Made by a program: the position numbers and the translations under genes. Shown piece by piece: positions 19,114 to 28,860 of a DNA stretch of 53,978 bases (position 1 is its first letter; each line of letters starts with the position of its first letter). The stretch spans positions 1 to 53,978 of the forward strand of contig CAZKHC010000001.1 in the NCBI GenBank assembly GCA_964552135.1, written 5' to 3'. The notes below the pieces were generated by a model. That model was not told where the DNA came from, ran no database searches, and saw only the letters and a list, made by a program, of their open reading frames with translations. The DNA is from an uncultured Algimonas sp. (lineage in GTDB: Bacteria > Pseudomonadota > Alphaproteobacteria > Caulobacterales > Maricaulaceae).

Positions 19114-20532
19114 CTACTCCGCAAAGTCGTCTATCACCAATGGCGTGATCGTATTTGCGATGTAAGCTTTTTGGCGGAAGAAACGCAAGAAGCCAGATGC
19201 TCCCATGCGCGATGCCCCAAGGCCTGAGTTTTTGACGCTTTGTTTTCCGGCTTCAAAATATTGTCCTGTGAGGGCCGCATCCATGAGGCTAATCGCGCCT
19301 GCCTGAATATGCCGCCCTATAGCGTGGGCGTCTTCAATAGAGGCGGCATAGACCCCGCCGGACAAGCCGAATTTTGTGTCATTGGCGAGGCGAATGGCGT
19401 CTTCAATCGTGTCATAAGCCATAATGGGCATGACAGGACCGAAGGTCTCCTCGCGCATGATGTCCATACTGTGGGTGACGTCGGCAATGACAGTTGGCTC
19501 GAGCCAGCGGCCTCCGCCATGGGTCAAAATCTCACCTCCGGATAAAATTTTTGCCCCCTTGGACTTGGCGTCTGCAATCTGCTGGGCAACTATCTCAGCT
19601 TGATAGCCAAAGATGAAAGGGCCGATATGGCCTTGTGTTATATCAGGATAGGTCAGCTCTACAGCTTTAGCTTTTTCCGTGAGCATGGCTGTGAAATCAG
19701 TATAGAGAATTTGAGGAACATAAATGCGTTCAATGGATTGGCAGGCTTGGCCTGTTGCCAGGACCGAAGATCTAAGGGCTAAGCTCGTGGCTTTATCAAT
19801 ATCCGCGCCTTCAGTGATAATGAGGGGGTCTTTACCTCCGAGTTCTAAATTGGCGGGAATTAGATTTTCAGCCGCTCTTATTGCGACCTTGCGGCCTGTC
19901 GGCACAGAGCCTGTAAAGCAAACACAATCGACATGGTCGATGAGAGCCGCCCCCGTTGCGCCGCCCCCTTGGACGAAGGTTAAAATGTCGATGAAGCCAG
20001 CTTCTGCAATGACGGGCTCAAGAGCATCAGCAAAACGCGGCGTAACCTCACTGGGCTTGACGATGACGCACGCACCCGCAAGCATTGCCGGTATGGCGTC
20101 AATGAATGACAGCGTAATGGGGAAGTTCCAAGGACTGATGGCGCCGACTAAGGCATAAGGCACATAACTATTTGTGTGCTTGAAATTAGGTTTTACTTTG
20201 CCCTGCGTCCAGTCTGCTTGAGGCATAAGTTGCGGGGCGCGTTCGGCCCACGCGCGTAGGTTTGCAATGACTCCGAAGACTTCACCTTGGGACATTTTAC
20301 GGCGGCCTGTATCAATTTCGAGAGCTTGCGCAACAGCCGCAGAATGGTTTTCGAGTGTGTCGGAAAATTTAAAGATAGCTTCACAACGTGCTTTTAATCC
20401 GCGGTCGAGCCAATCAATCTGAGCGGCGCGCGCATTAGTAGCGAGTATAGAAATTTCTTTGGCACTCACGGCTGTGATGCGATAATCGACCTCACCTGTG
20501 CGAGGGTTTTTGATGTGCATTACATCACTCAT
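19114..20532 (-). CDS. Aldehyde dehydrogenase
   Basis: Motifs SPWNFP, KPSE, FTGS, LELGGKDP, GQAC and EETFGP. Confidence 0.95.
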   Translation of the reverse strand: MSDVMHIKNPRTGEVDYRITAVSAKEISILATNARAAQIDWLDRGLKARCEAIFKFSDTLENHSAAVAQALEIDTGRRKMSQGEVFGVIANLRAWAERAPQLMPQADWTQGKVKPNFKHTNSYVPYALVGAISPWNFPITLSFIDAIPAMLAGACVIVKPSEVTPRFADALEPVIAEAGFIDILTFVQGGGATGAALIDHVDCVCFTGSVPTGRKVAIRAAENLIPANLELGGKDPLIITEGADIDKATSLALRSSVLATGQACQSIERIYVPQILYTDFTAMLTEKAKAVELTYPDITQGHIGPFIFGYQAEIVAQQIADAKSKGAKILSGGEILTHGGGRWLEPTVIADVTHSMDIMREETFGPVMPIMAYDTIEDAIRLANDTKFGLSGGVYAASIEDAHAIGRHIQAGAISLMDAALTGQYFEAGKQSVKNSGLGASRMGASGFLRFFRQKAYIANTITPLVIDDFAE

Positions 20533-20585
20533 AATAAACTCTTATCCTATTTGCCTTGCTCTTAAGTCAAAGCTAAGATTAGCAC

Positions 20586-20599
20586 CTGACTTAGGTCAA
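20586..20599. promoter_or_regulatory. Crp/Fnr-type box CTGAC-TTAG-GTCAA
   Basis: 9/10 match to TTGAC-N4-GTCAA in the divergent ALDH/nitrilase region. Confidence 0.55.
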
Positions 20600-20632
20600 A
20601 CTAGGGTGCCTCGTAAAGGCTAGTGACATCAT

Positions 20633-21673
20633 ATGAACGATACACCACAAATTTATAAAGCCCTTGCCCTCCAGACAGAATGTAAGGGCGTGAACCGTTG
20701 CGCATCTCGCGAGGAGAGTCGCTTGATTATGCACGGGACAATTAAGCGCATTCGAGGTCAAATTTTTGCGGCCAAAGCCTTTAACGGACCTGACCTTAAA
20801 ATGGTGTGTTTACCGGAATATTTTCTGACGGCTTTTCCTGCAGGAGAGAGCGCAAAGGATTGGCAGGCAAAGGCTGCCATCGACATAGGCGGGCCTGAAT
20901 ATGAAGCTTTGGGTAAGCTCGCCTACGATGCAGAAATCTACATAGCCGGTAATGCTTATGAGAACGACCCTCATTTTCCAAAATTATATTTTCAAACGTC
21001 ATTCATCATTGCGCCTAACGGAAATGTTGTTCTGCGCTACCGTCGATTGGTATCAATGTATGCCCCATCGCCTTACGATGTGTGGGATAAATATATGGAA
21101 TATTATTCTGAGGATGACCTATTTCCTGTTATCAATACGCCCTTGGGCCGCTTAGCTGCCTTAGCTTCAGAGGAAATTCGTTATCCTGAAATTAGCCGTA
21201 TCCTAGCAGCTAAAGGCGCGGAAGTCATAATGCATCCGACCTCCGAAGCGGCGAGTACGCTCATGACTTATAAAAACGTCGCGAAGATTGCGCGTGCACA
21301 AGAAAATCAATGCTATATTATTTCGGCCAATTCAGCGGGCATTACAGGAACAACCCTTGCGCCTTATAGTACGGATGGTCGCAGTCAAATCGTCGATGAT
21401 CGTGGTATCATTCTGGCGGATACACCGGGCGGTGAGTCTAGTACGGCCGTTGCTGATATTGATATTCATGCCCTTCGTTACCGTCGGTCTCGCACTGGTA
21501 TGGATAATATGCTCGCGCGGCAACCTATGGAGCTTTATGCTAGTCAATATGCAAAACTTCATATGCATCTCAAAGGAAGCCTCGGTGATGGGAGTAATCC
21601 ACCCGCTAAAGATTTTTATATAAAACGACAGGCGGATGTGATTACGAAACTTAAAAAGAATGGGGTTATTTAA
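20633..21673 (+). CDS. Nitrilase-related carbon-nitrogen hydrolase, non-canonical active site
   Basis: Motifs LPEYF, LRYRRL, TPLGRLAALASEEIRYPE, ARAQENQCY and GRSQIVDDRG. Confidence 0.85.
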   Translation: MNDTPQIYKALALQTECKGVNRCASREESRLIMHGTIKRIRGQIFAAKAFNGPDLKMVCLPEYFLTAFPAGESAKDWQAKAAIDIGGPEYEALGKLAYDAEIYIAGNAYENDPHFPKLYFQTSFIIAPNGNVVLRYRRLVSMYAPSPYDVWDKYMEYYSEDDLFPVINTPLGRLAALASEEIRYPEISRILAAKGAEVIMHPTSEAASTLMTYKNVAKIARAQENQCYIISANSAGITGTTLAPYSTDGRSQIVDDRGIILADTPGGESSTAVADIDIHALRYRRSRTGMDNMLARQPMELYASQYAKLHMHLKGSLGDGSNPPAKDFYIKRQADVITKLKKNGVI

Positions 21674-22555
21674 TCTAAATATTCCCGCGCAATATCGGCC
21701 ATTTTAGGATAAGCTACATCGAATAAGCCTGTCGTGATATTCTCTAGATAAATGAGTTCAGAACCGGGCGTTTCTTTCTGTGCGTCTATGGTTTCTTGTT
21801 TCAAGCTGCCGTTTATTGAGACAAAAAGGGCAGGCCGCGTGATTAGAGGTAGGCGCTCATAGCCCGGATAGGAAAAGACGCTGTAATAGGCTTGCGTACT
21901 TTCTGGCATGGTTTGCATGTAGTCGGAATAATGGGATTGCGCAGCTTTTAGGCTCGTTCGGGCATCCAGAGTCTGAGTCGCAAAACTCCATTTTGACGTG
22001 AGGTGCGAGCCATCTTGTTTAAGTTCATCAGGCTATAGTTCGGGGAGGCGCTCGGATGGGTAAACAGGGATGCCCGCTAGTATCATTTTATTGATACGGT
22101 CGGGCTGCTTTATAGACATCTCTACGGCGATCAATGTTCCTGTATGATAACCAATGATGTCAACAGATTTTGTTATACCAAGGACATCTAAAGCTTTGAT
22201 AGCGTTATTGGCATAGTCTTCCATGTTTGGCGGGGTTTTCGGGCGGTCAGATTCGCCATATCCTGGTGTGTCCATAGCGATGACAATGCGATCTTTGCCA
22301 ATATCCTCTATAAAAGGTAGATAGAATTGTGAAGAGTAAGGAGTAGGGTGAAACAGCAATAAAGGCGTTTTGGTTGAGGTGCTGGAAGGCGTCAAAACCC
22401 TGACATGAACTTGCCCATAAAGACCTTCCACAAAACTCTGTTTGATTGTGCCAGGGTCTTGTTGTGACAGGCTATAAGATGAAGGCCGTGTGCAAGCTGT
22501 TAACTATTAGGCTAGTGCACAAAAATGCGGTTTTAAGAGAGGCTTTCCGGCTCAT
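21670..22555 (-). pseudogene. Disrupted alpha/beta hydrolase lipoprotein (GYHTG elbow)
   Basis: ATG 22555 overlaps the yciI stop. A frameshift near 22501-22505 separates the signal peptide from the TAC lipobox. An in-frame TAG at 22033-22035 joins ORFs 22033..22431 and 21670..21918 in one frame. Confidence 0.8.
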
Positions 22556-22923
22556 GCATATTTTTTCATATTCGCGCGAATTTCGTCTTGGTCCCATGTC
22601 ACACCGCCAAGTAATTTTCCGCAGGCCGGTATGAAAGGGTTGACCGTAACGCTCTTATACATGTCTGAGCTTATGTAAGGATCGCCGCGCATAATTTCCC
22701 AAGCTTCTTCTTCCGTATCGGCTTCGACAAGGAAGAAACTGCCGACAAATTCATTGTCAGACTTTATCGGCCCTGCCAGACGGTATTTGTTATTATTAGC
22801 TTCGATGTAATCCAAATGCCCAAATAAGTGTTCGGTACGCAGAGGAGGCGTTTTCTCGCCATCTATACAGGTGAACATAAATGTTCCCTTTTCAAACTTT
22901 GTAACTTGTTTAGCTTTAGACAT
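22552..22923 (-). CDS. YciI family protein
   Basis: Motifs LRTEHLFGHLDYI, LAGP, GSFFLVEA and DPY. Confidence 0.85.
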   Translation of the reverse strand: MSKAKQVTKFEKGTFMFTCIDGEKTPPLRTEHLFGHLDYIEANNNKYRLAGPIKSDNEFVGSFFLVEADTEEEAWEIMRGDPYISSDMYKSVTVNPFIPACGKLLGGVTWDQDEIRANMKKYA

Positions 22924-22968
22924 AGTTTTCTCCTTAGCTTTTTATAAAACACACTTCACAAATCGAGG

Positions 22969-22982
22969 CTGATGTATATCAA
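22969..22982. promoter_or_regulatory. FNR-type box CTGAT-GTAT-ATCAA
   Basis: 9/10 match to TTGAT-N4-ATCAA in the divergent yciI/symporter region. Confidence 0.55.
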
Positions 22983-23031
22983 TTTTAGAAAAAATCTTAC
23001 AGCGATCAAATATAAAAGAGAATGAGATTTT

Positions 23032-24444
23032 ATGTCGTCAACTACCGTCGTTCTCATCACGCTAATTGTTTATAAAGCAATACTCTTGGGGGTCGGTTTT
23101 TGGGCCTCAAAACGTGTGAAAAACGAAAGTGATTTCTTTTTAGCAGGGCAGGGGCTAGGCGCATGGACGGCTGGATTGTCCTATGCAGCTTCCACCTCTA
23201 GTGCTTGGGTACTTTTGGGTTTTACGGGCATGGTTTATTCCCAAGGCATTGTCGGTCTTTGGCTCGTACCAGGAATTTTTAGTGGCTACCTTTTAACTTG
23301 GATCGTTATGGGTCCGCGCTTAAATGCAGAGACAGCGGAGCGCGGCTATCTAACCGTTGTTGATTTCATTACAGGCGATGTCGACGAGAAATGGACCCGC
23401 ATTATTAGCATTGTCTGCGCGTTGATGATTTTATTTTGTTTCGTTTTCTATATCAGCTCTCAATTCCAAGCCGCGGGTAATGCCCTGACTGAAGTCTTCG
23501 GGATTGATGCGACAGAAGCCATATTATTGGGGGCTGCGGTTATCGTTGTTTACTGCCTGCTGGGCGGATTTTGGGCAGCCTCTATTACGGATGCTCTGCA
23601 AGCATTGGTTATGATGCTGGCCTGTATAATTGTGCCTATTGCTGCTGTGAATGCGGCAGGCGGTTTAGGTGAAATCGCTAGTGCTCTTCATGCCAGTGAA
23701 CCCAAATCTTATTTCAGTTTTACCGGGGGCGTTGGCGGTATGATTGGAATTGGCTTCGCGATGGGGTTGCTTGGGACAGGGTTAGGTGCGTTAGGACAAC
23801 CGCAACTCCTCAACCGCATTATGGCTGTGAAATCTTCGAGCGAACGCCGTAAGGGTGCAATCATAACAATTGGATGGGGCGTGGTTATTTATTCAGGGCT
23901 TATTTGCCTCGCATTTGCAGGCCGTGCAACGGGGATTGAGACGGGTCAGGAGGGGTTATTCTTTGCGGCAGCTAAAGCTTATCTTCCGGCTATTTTGGCG
24001 GGGGTTGTCACGGCAGCTGTCCTGTCTGCCGTTATGTCTACAGTTGATAGCCTATTGCTAGCGGCTGCTTCGGCTGTGTCGCATGATATGGGGTTAACGT
24101 ACCGTAATCCGAAACGAGCTTTGTTTTATGGCCGCATCGCTATGGTTGCTGTGGCCATATTTGCGGTATTGATGACGCTGTATATGCCCAAAGACATTTT
24201 CAGCCGTGTTCTCTTTAGTTGGGTCGCACTTGGGGCCGCTTTTGGGCCGATTATCTTGACGAAATGCCTCGGCTGGCGCGTGAAAGGGGGATTTGTATTG
24301 ACCTCTATCATACTTGGCTTCGCTATCGCCGTTATATTTGCCAATAGCGACGTGGTGTATGCTGACGTCATAGAAAAATGGGGCTCTTGGATTGCCGGTC
24401 TAATCGCCCTTGCAATCGGTAAAGAGACACGCCGAGAGGATTGA
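23032..24444 (+). CDS. Sodium:solute symporter (PutP-like)
   Basis: Motifs DFFLAGQGLG, SAWVLLGFTG, GQPQ and SAVMSTVDS; multiple TM helices. Confidence 0.9.
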   Translation: MSSTTVVLITLIVYKAILLGVGFWASKRVKNESDFFLAGQGLGAWTAGLSYAASTSSAWVLLGFTGMVYSQGIVGLWLVPGIFSGYLLTWIVMGPRLNAETAERGYLTVVDFITGDVDEKWTRIISIVCALMILFCFVFYISSQFQAAGNALTEVFGIDATEAILLGAAVIVVYCLLGGFWAASITDALQALVMMLACIIVPIAAVNAAGGLGEIASALHASEPKSYFSFTGGVGGMIGIGFAMGLLGTGLGALGQPQLLNRIMAVKSSSERRKGAIITIGWGVVIYSGLICLAFAGRATGIETGQEGLFFAAAKAYLPAILAGVVTAAVLSAVMSTVDSLLLAAASAVSHDMGLTYRNPKRALFYGRIAMVAVAIFAVLMTLYMPKDIFSRVLFSWVALGAAFGPIILTKCLGWRVKGGFVLTSIILGFAIAVIFANSDVVYADVIEKWGSWIAGLIALAIGKETRRED

Positions 24445-24445
24445 T

Positions 24446-24937
24446 ATGGGAAATCAAATTAAGCGTACAACCTTGATGGTTCGCGATATGGACCGTTCGC
24501 TAGAGTTTTTCAGAGATGTGCTAGGCGCAAAGGTTTGGTTTGACCGACCTTATACGCTTAGTGGCAAGGGCATACCTGTTGGCAAAAAAGGCGATCTTAT
24601 CCGCCTGTGCATTGTTCAGTTTGAACATGATACTATTGGCATGATTGGCATGATGGAATTTAAAGATCCTGTTATGCCAGCGCCCGAAATCGATTATGCA
24701 TTAGGTTATGGGAAGCCTGTATTTGTTGTTGTTGCAGATGATACTCAGGGGATTTATGACCGGGCAACCGAAAAAGGGTTCAAAACTCGCGGCGAACCCA
24801 ATACATGGTTTACAACGGGCGCGAAGGGCGAAACCAAGCATTTCATTTCAGTCAATCTCTGGGATGGGGATGGACATTTTTTTGAATGTAATCAAGTGAC
24901 GCATATTGATTGGCCGGAGGGCACACAGCCCGCATGA
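24446..24937 (+). CDS. VOC/glyoxalase family protein
   Basis: Motifs LMVRDMDRSLEFFRDVLG and WDGDGHFFE. Confidence 0.82.
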   Translation: MGNQIKRTTLMVRDMDRSLEFFRDVLGAKVWFDRPYTLSGKGIPVGKKGDLIRLCIVQFEHDTIGMIGMMEFKDPVMPAPEIDYALGYGKPVFVVVADDTQGIYDRATEKGFKTRGEPNTWFTTGAKGETKHFISVNLWDGDGHFFECNQVTHIDWPEGTQPA

Positions 24938-25959
24938 GCGAAATAAACCGACAATGGCGGATTGCAGCGCGCCCTTACGGCATGCCAAAGCCGAGTGATT
25001 TTGAGTATAGAGAAGACCCCATTCCGACATGCGGCGAGGGCGAAGTTTTACTCAAAACGCTTTTTCTAGGTCTTGCGCCGTTAATGCGTATGTATATGCA
25101 AGGCGAGAGCGTGGCCGGAGAACGACCTCTCGATATTGGGGATATTATTCACGGACGTGGCGTTGCACGCGTTATTGAAAGTCGTCATCCTAACTATGCT
25201 GTGGGCGATATTGTTCAAGGACAAATGGGGTGGCAGACCTATAAGGCAACCACAGTTACACCGCAGGAAAAATTCTATAAAATTTATGAGCATGATTTGA
25301 CCTATGCGCTGGGCGTATCGATTTTTTCTATGACTGGATTGTCGGCCTATGGAGGTTTCTTTGAAGCGGGAAAACCAAGAGCCGGAGACTTAGTTGTTGT
25401 GTCGGGCGCGGCTGGCGGGGTTGGATCTATTGTGGTGCAACTAGCAAAGATAGCGGGGTGCCGCGTTATTGGAATCGCAGGCGGCTCTGAAAAATGTGAT
25501 TTTATTCAAACAATCGGATGTGAAGCGGCTATAGATTATAAAAATGAAGATGTTGCCGCGCGTATAGCTGAGCTTTGTCCCCAAGGTTTAGACATTTATT
25601 TTGATAATGTTGGCGGATCTATTTTAGAGGCAGCCTTGGATAATTTGGCTTTTGAAGCCCGTATTGTTGTTTGCGGACGTATATCAGGCTATGCGGCTGA
25701 AGAACGTGTCGGGCCGTCAAATTATACAAATTTACAACGGGCTAATGGCTCTATGAACGGGTTTTTTGTATATAATTATTTACCGATATTTGAGCGCTCG
25801 AATAAAGATCTCGCCACGTGGATCAAATCTGGTGAGTTCAAGCCCGTTTTAGATATTGTGGATGGTTTCGAAAATATGCCTGCCGCTCTAGCCCGGCTTT
25901 ATGATGGTAAAAATGTCGGCGTGCAGTGCTGCCGCGTGGATTTGGGGAGTTCGATATGA
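24934..25959 (+). CDS. NADP-dependent alkene (ene) reductase, prostaglandin reductase/CurA-like MDR
   Basis: Motifs VSGAAGGVGS, GIAGGSEKC, YFDNVGG and GFENMPAA. Confidence 0.9.
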   Translation: MSEINRQWRIAARPYGMPKPSDFEYREDPIPTCGEGEVLLKTLFLGLAPLMRMYMQGESVAGERPLDIGDIIHGRGVARVIESRHPNYAVGDIVQGQMGWQTYKATTVTPQEKFYKIYEHDLTYALGVSIFSMTGLSAYGGFFEAGKPRAGDLVVVSGAAGGVGSIVVQLAKIAGCRVIGIAGGSEKCDFIQTIGCEAAIDYKNEDVAARIAELCPQGLDIYFDNVGGSILEAALDNLAFEARIVVCGRISGYAAEERVGPSNYTNLQRANGSMNGFFVYNYLPIFERSNKDLATWIKSGEFKPVLDIVDGFENMPAALARLYDGKNVGVQCCRVDLGSSI

Positions 25960-26408
25960 GTGATAAACCCAAAATTAGATTTCAGCGCGCTAATTTCGTG
26001 GTTGCGGATATCGATAAGTCCCTGACATTTTACCGAGATGTTTTGGGGTTTGAGATTGCCTTTTCCAAAGACAGCGAACCCGATAGCTATTCCTATGATG
26101 TGTTTGAGTTGCAAAACGGCAATAAGATGCGCTTTGCTGTGCTCAGCACAGCTGACCAACCGCGCGTTATGGCTCTGACAGAAATTGCGGGCGGCCTTGG
26201 CTATCAGGGTAAAAACCGCCGGAGCGCTATCATTCTGGAAATTCCTGAAATTGACCGCGTCGTTAAGCAGTCTAAAGCGTTAGGTCTGAAAGTTTATCAC
26301 GAAGATCCTCTTATAACCAATGATGGCCGTGAAGGGCGTGAGGTTGGCATTGCGGATTTTGACGGAAACCTGGTCGTGATTTATTTCATAACAAATGCGG
26401 CTCTATAA
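25956..26408 (+). CDS. VOC/glyoxalase family protein
   Basis: Motifs VVADIDKSLTFYRDVLG and DFDGNLV. Confidence 0.82.
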   Translation: MSDKPKIRFQRANFVVADIDKSLTFYRDVLGFEIAFSKDSEPDSYSYDVFELQNGNKMRFAVLSTADQPRVMALTEIAGGLGYQGKNRRSAIILEIPEIDRVVKQSKALGLKVYHEDPLITNDGREGREVGIADFDGNLVVIYFITNAAL

Positions 26409-27751
26409 TGAGTGAAATGAAAAACTCAGAGAAACCTGATTGGCCTAAGCCAGCCTATTCTTGGACGATCATTTTATTTTTAACTTTAGCTTATATCAGT
26501 TCTTTTATTGATCGTTATATCCTCGGTTTACTGATTGACCCGATAAAAGAATCAACCGGTGCCTCTGATACGATGATGGGCTTTCTGGCTGCAGCTTTCA
26601 ATCTGACCTATGCCCTCATTGCTCTACCGATTGGCTTACTCATTGATCGCCGTTCCCGCACAAAAATTGTCGCCTTAGGTATCTTTGTATGGTCGTTAGC
26701 CACATTATGGACAGGAATGGCTAAAAGTATGGTACAATTATTTGCTGCCCGTATGACTGTTGGAGTTGGGGAGGCTGTTTTAAGTCCGGCGGCTTTCTCT
26801 ATGATTGGAGACAGTTTTCCAAAAGAAAAACGCGGTCTTCCTATTGCGGTATATTCCATGGCTTTAATTGGAGGGTCAGCTTTGGCTAATCTTCTAGCTT
26901 CAGTTATTCTGCCGTGGGCAGAAAATATTGGACAAATCACACTGCCAGTACTCGGCGATTTGGAGACTTGGCAATTTATCTTTATTATTGTTGGATTGCC
27001 CGGGTTTTTTCTATCCTTGGTATTTTTGATTCTTAGAGACCCTCCGCGTATTGAAAGCTCACCTCGCGAAGGGGCTAAATTAAGTGATGCTTTTGTCTAT
27101 ATCTGGAAGAAAGCCCCGACATTTCTCACATTTGTAAGTGTATTCATGTGTATGGTGGCTATCGCCTATGGGGGTTTCTTTAATGCGCCGTTATTTGATC
27201 GAACTTGGGGGTGGGATCCTGCGACTTATGCGCGTTGGAATGGTTTATCGCTTTTACTGGTATCGCCTGTCGTTTATCTATTCTTTGGATGGTTGTCCGA
27301 TAAAGGGATGGCAAAGGGCATTATTGATAGGCCTCTAAAAATCGCCATTGCCGGCCTGTTTGTGATGGTGCCTGCTGCTGTTATCTATCCTTTAATGTCT
27401 AATGTCTGGGTGGCATTTGGAATAAATATTATATGCAATATCGGTATTGGGATGGTGTCTGTAACCGGGGTTAATGCCCTCCTTAATATCGTACCTGGCG
27501 ATATTCGCGGTGTTGTTGTTGCCGCATATTATTTTATGATCAGTTTTATTGGGGGGCAATTATCCACACCTCTAATTGGCTGGATTAATGATGCGTATTT
27601 TGCAGGCGAAGAGTTACAATATGCTATGGCAATTTATCCTTTGGTATTTGGCGTGCCGGTTATTTTACTCGCGCCTTGGACACTAAAATTTTATCGGCGA
27701 GAGCTTGCCAATATGGAAGTAATAGCAAATGCAGGGACTGACAGTGCGTAG
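26408..27751 (+). CDS. MFS transporter (spinster-like)
   Basis: Motifs SFIDRYIL, ARMTVGVGEA and DSFPKEKRG; 12-TM pattern. Confidence 0.9.
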   Translation: MSEMKNSEKPDWPKPAYSWTIILFLTLAYISSFIDRYILGLLIDPIKESTGASDTMMGFLAAAFNLTYALIALPIGLLIDRRSRTKIVALGIFVWSLATLWTGMAKSMVQLFAARMTVGVGEAVLSPAAFSMIGDSFPKEKRGLPIAVYSMALIGGSALANLLASVILPWAENIGQITLPVLGDLETWQFIFIIVGLPGFFLSLVFLILRDPPRIESSPREGAKLSDAFVYIWKKAPTFLTFVSVFMCMVAIAYGGFFNAPLFDRTWGWDPATYARWNGLSLLLVSPVVYLFFGWLSDKGMAKGIIDRPLKIAIAGLFVMVPAAVIYPLMSNVWVAFGINIICNIGIGMVSVTGVNALLNIVPGDIRGVVVAAYYFMISFIGGQLSTPLIGWINDAYFAGEELQYAMAIYPLVFGVPVILLAPWTLKFYRRELANMEVIANAGTDSA

Positions 27752-28505
27752 AGCTTATTTTGGAGAAGCAGGGGCGCAACTTCATTATATAGAGGCAGGT
27801 AATGCTTCAAATGAAACCTTAATTCTGCTCCCACCATCACCCAATACAAGCGTCTATTACGAGAAAATCATTCCACTATTAGCGGCTGAACATCATGTTA
27901 TAGCCGTAGATTATCCGGGCTTTGGCGGCTCTGATCGTATCAGCGATGTTTCGATTTCAGGATATGCCAATGCTGTCATGCCTCTGGCTAAGACATACGG
28001 CCCTATTTGCGCATCGGGTTTCCACACTGGGGCCTTGGTCGCAAATGAGCTGGCTCTGCAAAATCGTGACGCTGTTCGAAAACTTGTACTAATTGATGTG
28101 CCTTATTTTGATGCGCCTATGCGTAAAAAATACATGGCAAAATTTCCAAGTGGAAAACTACCTACGCGCGTCGACGATAGTTTTAAAAAGGGCGTAATGG
28201 ATCGTCACGAAAGTCTCTCAGAGGACAGAGCCTTTAAAATCTGGGTGGAAAGTCTTCGGAGCGGACGGTATCAGAATGATGCATTCCGCGCGGCTTTTTC
28301 TTATGATTGCGATAGTCAATTCGGAAAATTGAAGCATCCATTGACTGTTATTGCAACGAGATCGGGCTTGCTGGAGCCTTCTCGCAAAACAGCCAAAAAT
28401 GTTCCCCAGGCTGAGCTTGTTGAAATTCTAGAAATCAGGTCACCGGTCTTTGAGGCGCATAGTGAATTACTGGCGCCTGCTATTCTTACGGCTTTATCAA
28501 AATGA
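27729..28505 (+). CDS. Alpha/beta-fold hydrolase with GFHTG elbow
   Basis: Motifs LLPPSP, VDYPGFGGSD and SGFHTG. Confidence 0.82.
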   Translation: MQGLTVRRAYFGEAGAQLHYIEAGNASNETLILLPPSPNTSVYYEKIIPLLAAEHHVIAVDYPGFGGSDRISDVSISGYANAVMPLAKTYGPICASGFHTGALVANELALQNRDAVRKLVLIDVPYFDAPMRKKYMAKFPSGKLPTRVDDSFKKGVMDRHESLSEDRAFKIWVESLRSGRYQNDAFRAAFSYDCDSQFGKLKHPLTVIATRSGLLEPSRKTAKNVPQAELVEILEIRSPVFEAHSELLAPAILTALSK

Positions 28506-28515
28506 TAAATGTCAA
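28502..28515. promoter_or_regulatory. Crp/Fnr-type box ATGAT-AAAT-GTCAA
   Basis: 9/10 match to TTGAY-N4-RTCAA, centred 40.5 nt upstream of the DUF1330 ATG. Confidence 0.5.
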
Positions 28516-28548
28516 TAACTTTTTGCTGTCTTAAAAATAGAGTAAATT

Positions 28549-28857
28549 ATGGCTACCTATATGATCGTTACTGCAAAAATAAAAGACCGCGAGGCCTTTA
28601 TCCAAGGCTATGGTGCCGCCACAGCCCCGCTTGTTGAAAAATTCGGCGGACGCTATGTTTTAAGAGGGCCGGGGGCTACTTTACTTGAGGGCGAAAAATG
28701 GGACGGCGCCTCTATGGTCATTTCAGAATGGCCAGACCGCGCGGCCGTTAATGCCTTTTGGAACTCACCTGAATATCAACTCGCCAAAAAGCTCCGTGAA
28801 GACATCGCCGATTGCCAAGTCCTTGTTATCGATGCGCCGAAATTTACGATGGATTAA
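28549..28857 (+). CDS. DUF1330 family protein
   Basis: Motifs FGGRYVLRG, LLEG and FWNSPEYQLAKKLR. Confidence 0.88.
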   Translation: MATYMIVTAKIKDREAFIQGYGAATAPLVEKFGGRYVLRGPGATLLEGEKWDGASMVISEWPDRAAVNAFWNSPEYQLAKKLREDIADCQVLVIDAPKFTMD

Positions 28858-28860
28858 GTG

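Noticed and set aside
22033-22035. In-frame TAG as pyrrolysine or programmed readthrough
   Set aside because: The gene also has a frameshift and an apparent local deletion, and no pyl genes are visible. Pseudogenisation or assembly error is simpler.
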